Shown here in pieces: positions 27,977 to 39,610 of a DNA stretch of 64,000 bases. Position numbers and translations under genes: made by a program. Source of the stretch: Octopus sinensis (Eukaryota); the NCBI RefSeq assembly GCF_006345805.1, contig NC_042997.1, positions 54,684,001-54,748,000 of the forward strand, read 5' to 3'. The notes under the pieces are model-generated. The model worked only from the letters and a program-made list of their open reading frames with translations. It ran no database searches and was not told the origin of the DNA. Every line of letters starts with the position of its first letter. Position 1 is the first letter of the stretch.

Positions 27977-28230
27977 TATGTATGTATATATTGGGTTGTT
28001 GCACAATTATTGCTGCTTTTTTTCCAATCAAATCTTGTTCAACAAAAACAATAACAACATGTAACAAAATCATCTTTAAATGATTATTTCGAAGCATATT
28101 CACTACCTACTTCAATTACTGTTTCTCATTTGCTTGGCAGACGGTCAGACCATCATTTGAAGACGTTTTTGTTAAATATTGTTATTTATTTTGTTGAATA
28201 CAATTTGTTGAAAAAAGCAGCAATAATATA
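27977..28230 (-). mobile_element. short mariner derivative (TIR plus transposase C-terminus)
   Basis: TIR ttgggttgttgcacaattattgctgctttttt with partial inverse aaaaaagcagcaataat at ~28212; minus reads DRLPSK*ETVIEVGSEY, like the mariner end KLPERWQKVIDNNGEY. Confidence 0.7.
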
Positions 28231-28394
28231 TGTATTTGTATATGTTGTTGTTTACACACTCGTCTTTGCCTTTTGTTTATTTTTTTGTAAATTCTCCCCA
28301 TATATATATGTGTGTGTATATAAATATATAAATGGCGGTGCCCCAGCATGGCCACAGCTCATGAGCTGAAACTAGAATCAATCAATCAATCAAT

Positions 28395-28434
<40 letters not shown>

Positions 28435-28535
28435 AATGTATGTGTGTATGTGTAAATGTATGTGTGTATGTGTGTATGTGTAAATGTATGTGTGTATGTG
28501 TAAGTGTATGTGTATGTGTAAATGTAAATGTAAAT

Positions 28536-28690
28536 GCTGGCATGGCTGTGTGGTTTGTTTCCCAACCACATGCTTCTGTGCTCAGTCCCACTGCATGGTA
28601 CCTTGGGCAAGTGTCTTCTACTATATCTTCAGGCGGAGCAAAGCCCAGTGATTGGGTTTGGTAGATGGAAACTGAAAGAAGCCTGTGGTA
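28536..28690 (+). mobile_element. tRNA-derived CORE-type SINE
   Basis: ggcatggctgtgtgg...cagtcccactgcatggtaccttgggcaagtgtcttctactat...ggtagatggaaactgaaagaagcc; related copies at 29005-29155 (+), 50620-50765 (-), 51243-51405 (+), 55950-56130 (-). Confidence 0.8.
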
Positions 28691-28891
28691 TATATATATA
28701 TATATATGTTTGTGTGTGTTTGTTTCTCTCCCACCACCCCTAGATAGCCGGTGATGGTGTATTTACATATGCATATATGACAGGACGTCATAAAATGTAA
28801 AGAACATGAAATACGATAACATGGAATACAAATTTTTTTTGCAAACAACGAAAGAATCAAATGGTATATACATATATGTATGTATATATGC

Positions 28892-28926
<35 letters not shown>

Positions 28927-29221
28927 TATGCACATATATATGTACACATATGCACAGATGTGTGTATATTTGCATGTACATATATATCTGTATGTGAAGT
29001 GTGTGTTTGTTGGACAAGGTTGCTTTCTATCTACGTTTTGAGGTTCAGTCCCACCGCCTGGCACCTTAGGCAAGTGACTTCTACTAAAGCACCAAGCCGA
29101 CCAAAGCATTGTGAGTCGATTTGGTAGACGGAAACTGAAAGAAGCCTATTGTATATATGTATGCATGTGTGTATTTATTTGTGTATGTATGTGTAAATGT
29201 ATATTGGATTGTGCGTGTAAT

Positions 29222-29255
<34 letters not shown>

Positions 29256-29337
29256 AGTGCATATGTATGTATTTTTCTGCATATATATGTATACATGTTC
29301 TGTGCATACATATATATATATATACTAGCTGACGTAC

Positions 29338-29428
29338 TTGGTAATTCCTGGGTAAGTGGAGCTTGCCCCTTGGTTCCGTTCTGATAATTGTTCCACTAAT
29401 CCAATAGCGACAAATGGTTTTTCTGCAT
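29338..29428 (-). CDS. candidate 91-bp exon (D)AEKPFVAIGLVEQLSERNQGASSTYPGIT(K)
   Basis: Acceptor tattctctgtag and donor AA|gtacgt on minus; codons G-rich at first and A/T-rich at third position; a second frame (CRKTICRYW...) is also open. Confidence 0.4.
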
Positions 29429-30213
29429 CTACAGAGAATACTGAACTGTCTTACACAGGATATTGTTTTTAGGAATTCCCAATAAGTTATGAATACCCAA
29501 ATTGTGAAGTCAGTTATGTAATAACATGAAATTAGTTACCCAATAGTAAGAATTCAAATAAAGTAACCCCGTAAAGGTCTTTAATATGTTCCCAGAGTAT
29601 ATAGGGCATAAGAGGAAATACTAATAAGGTATGTATACTAAAGTTTTGAAGCATGTTACGTAATAACAGGCTAATCAGACATGAGATAACAATTCAAAGA
29701 AAATACTCTGAAAGGGCTTTTGTGAGTTCCAGAGAATATTACTCTCTGGGGCACTAGTGTTGGTATATCTGTTCATAAGTCAGTAACCAAAATAAGTGAA
29801 TCTGTTGCTTAGGAAAATACTAATTTACTTGTTTAAAGGTTGTAATGAATAAATTGCAAAAATAACTCTAACAGTTCAAATACTAAGAAATAAGCATACT
29901 CAATTTCATTTTTACCAAATAATTTAGGAAAATGAATGGTTTATTTCCCTTGGCTATATATAAGGATCCCTTCCAGGAGCAAATGGGCTATTTCTCTTGG
30001 CTTTTAAAATAATATATATTAGATATATATATAAGGACCTCTTCCAGGAGCCCTATTATCGACTTTTTTCAACAATCTGAGTATGCCATGAGGTTTCCAG
30101 ACATGAATTCTACTCACATGTCAGGTTTCATCAAAATTGATAAAACAATGTAGGAGGAGTTAGCAAACAACTTCACAAACACACCCACAGACAGAATTTC
30201 CCACATATGTAGT

Positions 30214-30249
<36 letters not shown>

Positions 30250-33200
30250 CTTTTTCAATTCTTTAATTCAGATATGACATGACCATTTACAGGGTCTTTG
30301 ATTGGTGGGTGGGATGGAGGGTAAGAGTAGTTATCTCCTGAATCCTTTCCATAAAGTGGGTTGTGGTAAAAAAACAAGTGATGCATTATGTATATCACCC
30401 ATGTAGGCTATGGGTGGATTTGAACTCAGAAGTTTAGGAGTTGGAACAAATACCAACAAACATCTGTACAAATGTTCTTAGTGTTAGCTTACCACCCTGA
30501 ATTGGTACTTTTTTTTATCAATCCCTAAGGACGAGAGCGTAAGTTGACTTTTGCAGGATTTGAACTCAGAACATTTTATCCAGTGCTGGAGTCATTATGA
30601 CTCTACCAAATTATTTTTCAATAATGAATGTGTGTGTGTGTGTGTATCTACCTGTGTATGCGCGCATGCACACACACACACACACACACACAGTGGCTTA
30701 TAAAAATACTTCTCAAACTCTTTTGTCTATATGTACTCTAAGTTTTGGTTGTAGACATTCTTGTATGTATGGGGATTATGTTTTCAGAGAAGGAATATAT
30801 AAGTTTAATAATACATATTCAGTGTATTTTTGTTTGTATGTTACATAACACCTTTATCTATTATCATCATACTTTTTTCCTGCTTTGCAAAATTAAAAAT
30901 TTTGTATCAGGAAGAATTTCTCACTTGCTCAATTTGAGATTTGTGTGTAGTAATTTGGAATCCTTACATTTTTGTTATCAACAATGTCGGTCAGTTCTCA
31001 ATTGGAGAATGTCCATTGTCATTTTAACTGCTGGGAATTTCCCTGCATTACTGTTGTTGCAGACAATGCTTCCTGTTAAGGAGCTGGAATGTTTCTTAAT
31101 ATTTCTCTAACCTTCCCCTTTCTCTCTTATCATCACCCTCTTTTACTGTCCATTCTGTCTGAGTATGTTCTCTAGCTTTCTGAAACTCCAAGTTGCTATC
31201 ACAAACAACACATGAATAATGAAAGAATATTAACAATAATCATTCATTCTCTGTGTGTTAATTGTAATAAATGGGGTTAAGTGTCTTTTTTGGGGAAAAA
31301 GGAGGTAATGTAAAAAAATCAAAACAAAAGAACTACAACTGTAAAATAATCTACATGTTTCTTTTGTAAACAGAGTAGACAGATAAAATTGATAAATTCT
31401 GAACTTACTAAACATTTATACAAAAATCAGTTTAAAAAAAAAAAAAATTATTTTACTTGTGGTCTGAGAGCAGCTTTTGAAGATGTATGCTTTAATTTAT
31501 ATTTATTATCAGCATTTATAGAAGAATATGGTTGAATTTCTTCATTAGGTATTGCAAATGTTCCAGTTTGACTTAACAAATTAAGTCAGAGTATTAAAAT
31601 TCAATGAGTAAAATTAAAATAACGTATTATTTTGATAGATGATTTGTAGTGTCTCTCAAAAATAGTTTTTTTTCTATACTTTGTGACCCTTTCTTTTGTT
31701 ATAAAAAAAAGAAATCTTTAATTAAAAAAAAAAACACTTTAAAAAATTGTTTTTTTAACTTTATGGTTTATCTCTGGAATAGATTTATTCACTTTTTATT
31801 GACTTTCTAACATATATATAAATGTTTGTGTGTGTGTGTGTGATTTTAAATTGATTAAAAAAATACATCAGCTCTCACTTCAAATGATTTCCTCTTGAAA
31901 AGAAAGAAAAATCTATTTTACAGTATCCTGAAAGATGTACTTTCAATTTCTGTCTTTACATCTGTAAATATTGCATGCGCGCACACACACACACACACAG
32001 ACATACACTCACACACACACACCGGTATGGAGGAGTAGATGTGTATGGGGCCTCAAGTCTCGGTGTCAATAATGAAATATCACATCACCCCCTCCCCTCT
32101 TACATTTTACATCTGTTATGCTTTCTTTTGCTTTATGAGAGAAAGCAGAAGAGAAAAGGAGGGAGGGAAAGAGAGAACAGAGGAGAAAGAAAGAGAGAGA
32201 GAGGAGTTAGCTGCACATTCCTTTTCTATATGCAAAAGAGCATGTCGTTGTTGGGAGTGGGGGAGTGAAACTACTTCAATTCAACACTTAGTGATATTTA
32301 TTCATTACTGTTGATTTTTCAACGAGACAGAGATGCTGGTAAGGTTGATGAATTCTGTGTTACTCTACGGCTCTAAAAAGGTTGAGAAAAGTGGAGGAAA
32401 ACCCCTTCTTATGTATGTATACAGAACTATATGAAAATATATCTTTCATTTTTATCAAACATCTCACCATTATTTAGTTCTCTTGGTGTGTGTGCCCTTA
32501 CCGATTTAGTCACTAATGTTTCTTCACTAGTTTTCCCCTCCCCAGTAATACGCTGACTAGATAAATATCATGTGATTGTGACGATCGACCAATTGTGATA
32601 ATAAATGCATGATGATAGTTCTTCTATCAGACAGGATTTCTCATTCTGTCTGTTGCCTAAATTCTTTGAATATTTGTCTGGAGCTGCACACAAACATACA
32701 GACACACTAACATAGACAGATACATGAATATGTACAAGCACATGAATATCCATTTACACAGATGCATACATACATGCACATACTCATTCAACTGTTCGTT
32801 TATTCATACCATGTCTTATATATATCATTTAGATTAAAGGAAAAATAAATATGAATGAATTATATAAAAAAAATAAACAAAACCCAAGACTTTCAGTTAT
32901 TGACTTTTGAAAAATAGAGAGGGTTTGTTATAACATGTTTTGAAATTGTATTTAGGGGATGTAGTAATTTTAACTATGATGATGATAATAATAGCAGTAA
33001 TAATAGCAGCAATGATTATTATTAAAATAATAATATCAATGAATGATAATAGTAAGAATTCATGATAGTAAATGATATAATAAACAGAACACTTATTTCG
33101 GATATTAAAAAAAAAAAGAACAGCCTATATTTAAGCTGTAGCAAATGGCAGAGGAGTCTGACCTAATGTAATTTATACACGTGTGGAATGGATGTAATGA

Positions 33201-33652
33201 GACAGAAATAGTAGAACAAAAGAAATGGAAGTGTGGAGAAAAGAAAGCAAAGCAATAAAACAAAATAAAACAATGCAAAAAAATTGGTAAAACAAAGTAA
33301 AACAATGCAAATGATGAAGAAAAACAAAAATAGAAAGATTGCCCCTCTTGGGAATATTGCCTTAGAAAGAATGTGGCAGTATTCTCCGTAATTTCATGAC
33401 AAATGAAACAGCAAAATAACAGTAACTTAGCATGAAAGAGATGAAAGATTTAGGGTTATAGGTTCTAAAAATTAATCGTGAATTATTTCCTTTTTTTATT
33501 TTCATGATGTCCATTAAAGAAAATAACAGTTTGGTTTCACTGAGAATTGTATGTAAATGCCGGCACCCAAACAAGGGATAAACAATTGTTTTCATTGGTC
33601 TATTATGGTTCCAGTGCATCCTTACCCCCTCTCCGCTTTTCACATCCATTAG

Positions 33653-33716
33653 GATTACTCACTGGGCTGCTGGCGGCAATGTTAGAAACAGCACTAATGT
33701 ATAGTAGCTTGCAGCT
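33653..33716 (+). CDS. candidate 64-bp exon (G)LLTGLLAAMLETALMYSSLQ(L)
   Basis: Strong polypyrimidine acceptor ccttaccccctctccgcttttcacatccattag, donor CT|gtgaga; conflicts with an overlapping minus-strand candidate. Confidence 0.25.
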
Positions 33717-33745
33717 GTGAGATCTGATAGTAGTGACAGCTTCAT
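33663..33745 (-). CDS. candidate exon with signal-peptide-like MKLSLLSDLTAASYYTLVLFLTLPPAA
   Basis: Minus ATG at 33745 and strong donor CA|gtgagt ending at 33663; hydrophobic stretch; competing plus-strand model. Confidence 0.25.
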
Positions 33746-33817
33746 GATCTCTTTTGTTAGGACTTTATAGGCATTGTTTAAGAATAAATTGCTGAGAATG
33801 ACTGATCTTATTCTCAT

Positions 33818-34513
33818 ATGTATGTATGTATGTATGTATGTATGTGTGTGTGTGTGGTGTGTGTGTGTGTGTGTGTATATGTATGTATGTATGTATGTAT
33901 GTGTGTGTATATGTATGTATGTATGTATAGGTAGGTAGGTAGGTAGGTGTGTCTGTGTGTATGTGCATATATGTGGGATTTTCTATCTATATGTGTGTAT
34001 GTGTATACATATGTTTGTATGTGTATGTGTGCATGTGTATGTGTGTATACATACTTGTATGTGTGTGTGTGTATATATATATATATCTACATCTACATAC
34101 AGACAGAGATACACGCACACACACACACACACATATATATCATCATCCTTTTGGATGATGATATATGTATGTGTGTGTGTATGTATGTGTATCTCTCTGT
34201 CTGTGTATGTATAAGACTATGTCCATATGTAGACGTTTAAGGACAGATAAACTTTCACTAGTCTCTGACATATACATGTGCACGCTTTAGTCATCATTAA
34301 ATTAACATGAACTCTAAAACTTCACAAATGTCTTCCTTTCTTTATGTACAAAAGAATGGGTTTATTTATTTTGTGTCCTCCCTTTTTCCCCTGATGTTTG
34401 GTGGTTGTACTAAATGGTGGAATTAATTCGAGTCTCATTAGTTTTCTTCACATCAGTGAGCTTTAACCTTTCATACATACATATATATATGTATGTATAT
34501 ATGTATGTATATA

Positions 34514-34561
<48 letters not shown>

Positions 34562-34597
34562 CGCATAGATATGAATATCTACATACATATACATACA

Positions 34598-34641
<44 letters not shown>

Positions 34642-34725
34642 ATATATATATACATACGCATAGATATATATCTACATACATACACATATATATACACACA
34701 CACACACACACCACACACACACACA

Positions 34726-34762
<37 letters not shown>

Positions 34763-34790
34763 GATAGATAGATACACACACACACATCTA

Positions 34791-34834
<44 letters not shown>

Positions 34835-34960
34835 TATATACATACATCATATATAAATGACTGAAACAAGTAAAGAGTATATGTACATATACACACATTA
34901 TATATATATACATATATACATACACATTATATATATATATATGTATATATATATGTATTT
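33818..34960. repeat. compound TG/TA/CA microsatellite field
   Basis: Directly visible, interrupted by ~200 bp unique sequence. Confidence 0.9.
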
Positions 34961-34971
34961 TTGCTTGCTTT

Positions 34972-35190
34972 TTGCTTAGTTTAACGTCCGTTCTCCATGC
35001 TAGCATGGGTTGGACGGTTCGACCGGGGTTCTGGGAAGCCAGAAGGCTGCACCAGGCTCCAGTCTAATCTGGCAATGTTTCTACAGCTGGATGCCCTTCC
35101 TAACGTCAACCACTCCGTGAGTGTAGTGGGTGCTTTTTACGTGCCACCTGCACAGGTGCCAGGCGAGGCTGGCAACGGCCAGGTCGGATT
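34972..35190 (-). mobile_element. young RTE-type 3' tail copy
   Basis: tttaacgtccgttctccatgctagcatgggttggacggttcgaccgggg...ggatgcccttcctaacgtcaaccactccg, CpGs retained. Confidence 0.9.
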
Positions 35191-35204
35191 GGTGTATTTT
35201 ATTA

Positions 35205-35755
35205 TGGTATTTGTATCTATATGTATGTATTTGTATCTATATGTATGTATTTGTATCTATATGTATGTATTTGTATCTATATGTACATATTTGTATCTAT
35301 CTGTATGTATTTGTATCTATCTGTATGTATTTGTATCTATCTGTATGTATTTGTATCTATCTGTATGTATTTGTATCTATCTGTATGTATTTGTATCTAT
35401 CTGTATGTATTTGTATCTATCTGTATGTATTTGTATCTATCTATATGTATTTGTATCTGTATCTATATGTATGTATTTGTATCTATATGTATGTATTTGT
35501 ATCTATATGTATGTATATGTATCTATATGTATGTATTTGTATCTATATGTATGTATTTGTATCTATATGTATGTATATGTATCTATATGTATGTATTTGT
35601 ATCTATATGTATGTATATGTATCTATATGTATGTATATGTATCTATATGTATGTACTTGTATCTATATGTATGTATTTGTATCTATATGTATCTATATAT
35701 CTGTATATATATGTATGTATATTTAAATAATGTATATGTATGTATATATATGTAT
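35205..35755. repeat. 18-bp minisatellite (TATGTATTTGTATCTATA/C)
   Basis: Regular 18-bp period; gives the MYLYLS/CICIY pseudo-ORFs. Confidence 0.95.
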
Positions 35756-35900
35756 GGATTTGGTGTTTGTCGCCATCACTTAGCGGTTCGGCAAAAGCAA
35801 CCGATAGAATAAGTACTGGGCTTACAAAGAATAAGATTTGCTCGACTAAAGGCAGTGCTCCAGCATGGCCGCAGCCAAATGACTGAAACAAGTAAAAGAG
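35756..35900 (-). mobile_element. SINE 3' part (gaataagtactgggcttacaaagaataag type)
   Basis: Similar copies at 46225-46400 (-), 50400-50610 (+), 45170-45380 (+). Confidence 0.7.
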
Positions 35901-35990
35901 TATATGTTTATATATAATATATATATATGTCTTTATATTATATATGTATGTATATATTTATATATATATATATATTATATATATTATATA

Positions 35991-36040
<50 letters not shown>

Positions 36041-36436
36041 GATGGTGCTTGGTCGAGTACTTATGTTAATTATCAGTGCTCTCAAATTTGAAATACTATA
36101 CTAAGGAAGGGAATAAGTGTGTAGAAATATGATTTTACTTTTTTTTACATCTCTTTAACCCCGAAACGCATATATAGTTAATCGAAGCCAGGTGGATTCG
36201 TGATTTGTTTTCTCTTTACCTGTGTGAGTTGTAGAGTATTGCTGTCTCGGAGATTTCTTATGGTAGTCGAATAGTACTTTAACTGCTATTTCTCAATTTT
36301 GTTATGTGGTGAAGCAAACTTTGCTGAACCCTAATTATGCTCATAATTATAGAATTTTTGTATAAGTTTACCAATAATTGTTCCTTTAACTGCTTGGTAA
36401 AATTATTGATTAATTAATTTTACCGTTTATTAATAT

Positions 36437-37098
36437 TGATAATATATATATATGTATGTATATATTTATTTATATATATATGTATGTATATATTATTTAT
36501 ATATATATATATATGTATGTATATATTTATTTATATATATGTATATATATATGTATTATATATTTATTTATATATATATTATATATGTATGTATATATAT
36601 TTATATATATATATATATGTATGTATATATTATTTATTTATATATATATATGTATTATATATTTTATTTATATATATATGTATGTATATATTTATTTATA
36701 TATATATATGTATGTATATATTTATTTATATATATATATATATATGTATGTATATATTTATTTATATATATATATATATATGTATGTATATATTTATTTA
36801 TATATATATATATATATGTATGTATATTTATTTATATATATATATATGTATGTATATATATATTATGTATATATATATATGTATGTATATATATTTATTT
36901 ATATATATATATGTATGTATATATGTATGTATATTTAAATAATGTATATGTATGTATATATATATTTATTTATATATATATATGTAGGTATATATTATTT
37001 ATATATATATTGTATGTATATATTTATTTATATTATATATATATATGTATGTATATATATATATTATGTATATATATATATATATATATGTATGTATA

Positions 37099-37141
<43 letters not shown>

Positions 37142-37274
37142 TTATTTATATATATATATATGTATGTATATATATATTTATTTATTATATATATGTATGT
37201 ATATATTTATTTATTTATATATATATATGTATGTATATATTTATTTATATATATATGTATGTATGTATATTTAT
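36437..37274. repeat. AT-rich (TA)n/TATG/TATT satellite
   Basis: Directly visible; source of the 289-aa pseudo-ORF. Confidence 0.95.
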
Positions 37275-37872
37275 ACCTTTCCTTCTTGGGACACAAAATT
37301 CCACTTGTGAAGACCCGTTGAGGCAAGTGAAAATCAAAATCAAAATCAAACCAAATCAAATCAGATATCAGAAAGCAGAACCAAAATCGAAGTCGATCAA
37401 CATCAATGGAAATTGCAGCTGTGATACCAGTGCCGGTGACAAGTAAGCGAACCATCCGATTGTGGATGTTGCCAGCACCGCCCCGACCGGCCTCCATGCC
37501 GGTGGCACGTAAAAAGCACCATCTGATCGTGGCCGTTGCCAGCCACGGCTGGCCTCCGTGCCGGTGGAACGTAAAAAGCACCATCCGATCGTGGCCATTG
37601 CCAGCCACGGCTGGCCTCCGTGCCGGTGGCACGTGAAAAGCACCATCCGTCCATGGCTGTTTGCCAGCTCCGTCTGGCACCTGTGCGGGTGGCATGTAAA
37701 AAGCACCCACTACACTCACGGAGTGGTTGGTGTTAGGAAGGGCATCCAGCCGTAGAAACACTGCCAGATCAGACTGGGCCTGATGCAGCCTTCTGGCTTC
37801 ACAGACCCTATTTGAACCGTCCAACCCATGCTAGCATGGAAAGCGGACGCTAAATGATGATGATGATGATGA
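37275..37872 (+). mobile_element. RTE 3' UTR copy with ~60-bp internal VNTR and (TGA)n tail
   Basis: About three units of gccggtggcacgtaaaaagcaccatccgatcgtggccgttgccagccacggctggcctccgt; ends ggacgctaaatgatgatgatg. Confidence 0.9.
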
Positions 37873-37902
37873 CGATGTATGTATATGTATATATTTTTAT
37901 AT

Positions 37903-38160
37903 GTGCACAGACAATCCGAACACGGACAGGTGTTGCAAAGAGTGACGGGTAGAACAGAAATGGTGTGAGACTGGGGAGTCATTGGCGAGTTGGATGTCTT
38001 GTAGGTGTTCCACGAACCAGTTAGCCAAGCGGCTTCCCATTTGCCTGATGTAAAGAGAAGGGCAGAGAGAGCAGGTGATACAGTAGATGACATTGGTAGA
38101 AGTGCAAGTGAAGGAGTCGGTGGTTTGATATGTTTGATGATGGGTGCCGTTGATTCGCTC
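37903..38160 (-). mobile_element. Penelope-like retroelement GIY-YIG endonuclease fragment
   Basis: Uninterrupted minus frame not shown in the ORF track: TDSFTCTSTNVIYCITCSLCPSLYIRQMGSRLANWFVEHLQDIQLANDSPVSHHFCSTRHSLQHLSVFGL, matching the PLE pattern F.C.S.NVIY.I.C..C...YIG.T...L..RF.EH...I......V..HF...H. Confidence 0.85.
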
Positions 38161-38261
38161 GAAGAGGCCATCACCTCTAGCTAGCTATTTGACACACGAA
38201 TCTTTGTCCATTATAACCTTCAAACAGGGGAGGTCAGCCACTTCCCCTTGCTGTTCAGGCA

Positions 38262-38304
38262 TCTGTAGACTAGTTTCAGGGTATTTGCCCTTTATCAATG
38301 CAGA
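38262..38304 (-). ncRNA. degenerate minimal type-I hammerhead ribozyme
   Basis: Minus: tctgca TTGATAA AGGG caaata CCCT GAAAC TA GTC tacaga, i.e. stem I, CUGAUGA core with two substitutions, stem II, GAAA, palindromic CUAG stem III and GUC cleavage triplet. Confidence 0.7.
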
Positions 38305-38644
38305 GTAGCCAAACCCAGCCGGTGTCACTACTGACCGTCTGTTCGAAGGATTATTTATCTAAATTGTTTGAAGGTTATAATGGACACAGGTTTGTGTGTC
38401 ACATAGATAGCTAGAGGTGATGTCCTCTTGGAGCTAATCAACGGCAGCTTATGTCCTATATTTATGGACTGCCATATTAGCTTGACAATAACTATTAATA
38501 TGCAGTACCGCTGCCGTAATCTCCTTTAGAGAGACTTAGAAATAATATTTCTATTTTTAAAACCAGTGGATATATTCCACTGAACTTAGGTAAATAATCC
38601 TTCGAACAGACGGTCAGTAGCGATGCCTGCTAGGTTCAGCTACA

Positions 38645-38682
38645 CTTCATTAATAAAGGGCAAATAGCCTGAAACTAGAAGC
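38645..38682 (+). ncRNA. second, more decayed hammerhead copy
   Basis: cttca TTAATAA AGGGCAAATAGCCT GAAACTAG. Confidence 0.55.
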
Positions 38683-38831
38683 AGCTAACCTCCCTTGTTC
38701 GAAGGTTATAATGGACACAGGTTCATGTATCACATAGCTAGCTAGAGGCAATGGCCTCTTGGAGCTAATCAACAGCAGCTTTCGTCCTATATTCATGGAC
38801 TGCCATATTAGCTTGGCAATAACTATTAATA

Positions 38832-38966
38832 TATTTATACGTATATATATATGTATACACGTATGTATACATGTATGCATATGTATACACGTATGTATAT
38901 GTATACACGTATGTATATGTATACATGTATGTGTATATATATATTATATATATATATATATACGTA

Positions 38967-39018
<52 letters not shown>

Positions 39019-39220
39019 TATAAGTACGTATGTATGGATGTGTATATATATGTATGTATGTATGTACGTATATATGTATATATATGTATGTATGTACGTA
39101 TATATGTATATATATTATATATATGTATGTATGTACGTGTATATGTATATATATGTATGTATGTACGTGTATATATATATATATACGTATGTATCTATGT
39201 ATATATATGTATGTATGATC
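38832..39220. repeat. TA/TATG microsatellite
   Basis: Directly visible. Confidence 0.95.
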
Positions 39221-39221
39221 C

Positions 39222-39505
39222 TCATTATCATTTAACATCCATTTTCCATGCTAGCATGGGTTGGACAGTTCTACCGGGGTCTGGGAAGCCAGGAGGCTGC
39301 ACCAGGCTCTAGTCTGATCTGGCAGTGTTTCTACAGCTGGATGCCTTTCCTAACGCCAACCACTCCGTGAGTATAGTAGGTGCTTTTTACGTGCCAGGGG
39401 CGGCTGGCAATGGCCACGATCGGTTGGTGCTTTTTACGTGCCAGGGGCGGCTGGCAATGGCCACGATCGGTTGGTGCTTTTTACGTGCCACCGGCACGGA
39501 AGCCA
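39222..39505 (-). mobile_element. RTE-type tail copy with 48-bp internal tandem repeat
   Basis: tgctttttacgtgccaggggcggctggcaatggccacgatcggttgg repeated twice plus a partial unit. Confidence 0.9.
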
Positions 39506-39610
39506 GTATATATGTATATATGTATGTATGTATCTATATATGTATATATACATATAAGTATGTATGTGTATATATATATATGTATCTATATATCTGTATA
39601 TATGTATGTA

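Larger units (their letters stand above)
38148..38831. mobile_element. Penelope-like pseudo-LTR modules in inverted and direct arrangement
   Basis: 38148-38361 (minus) is the inverted copy of 38586-38777; a partial third copy lies at 38365-38500. Confidence 0.75.
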
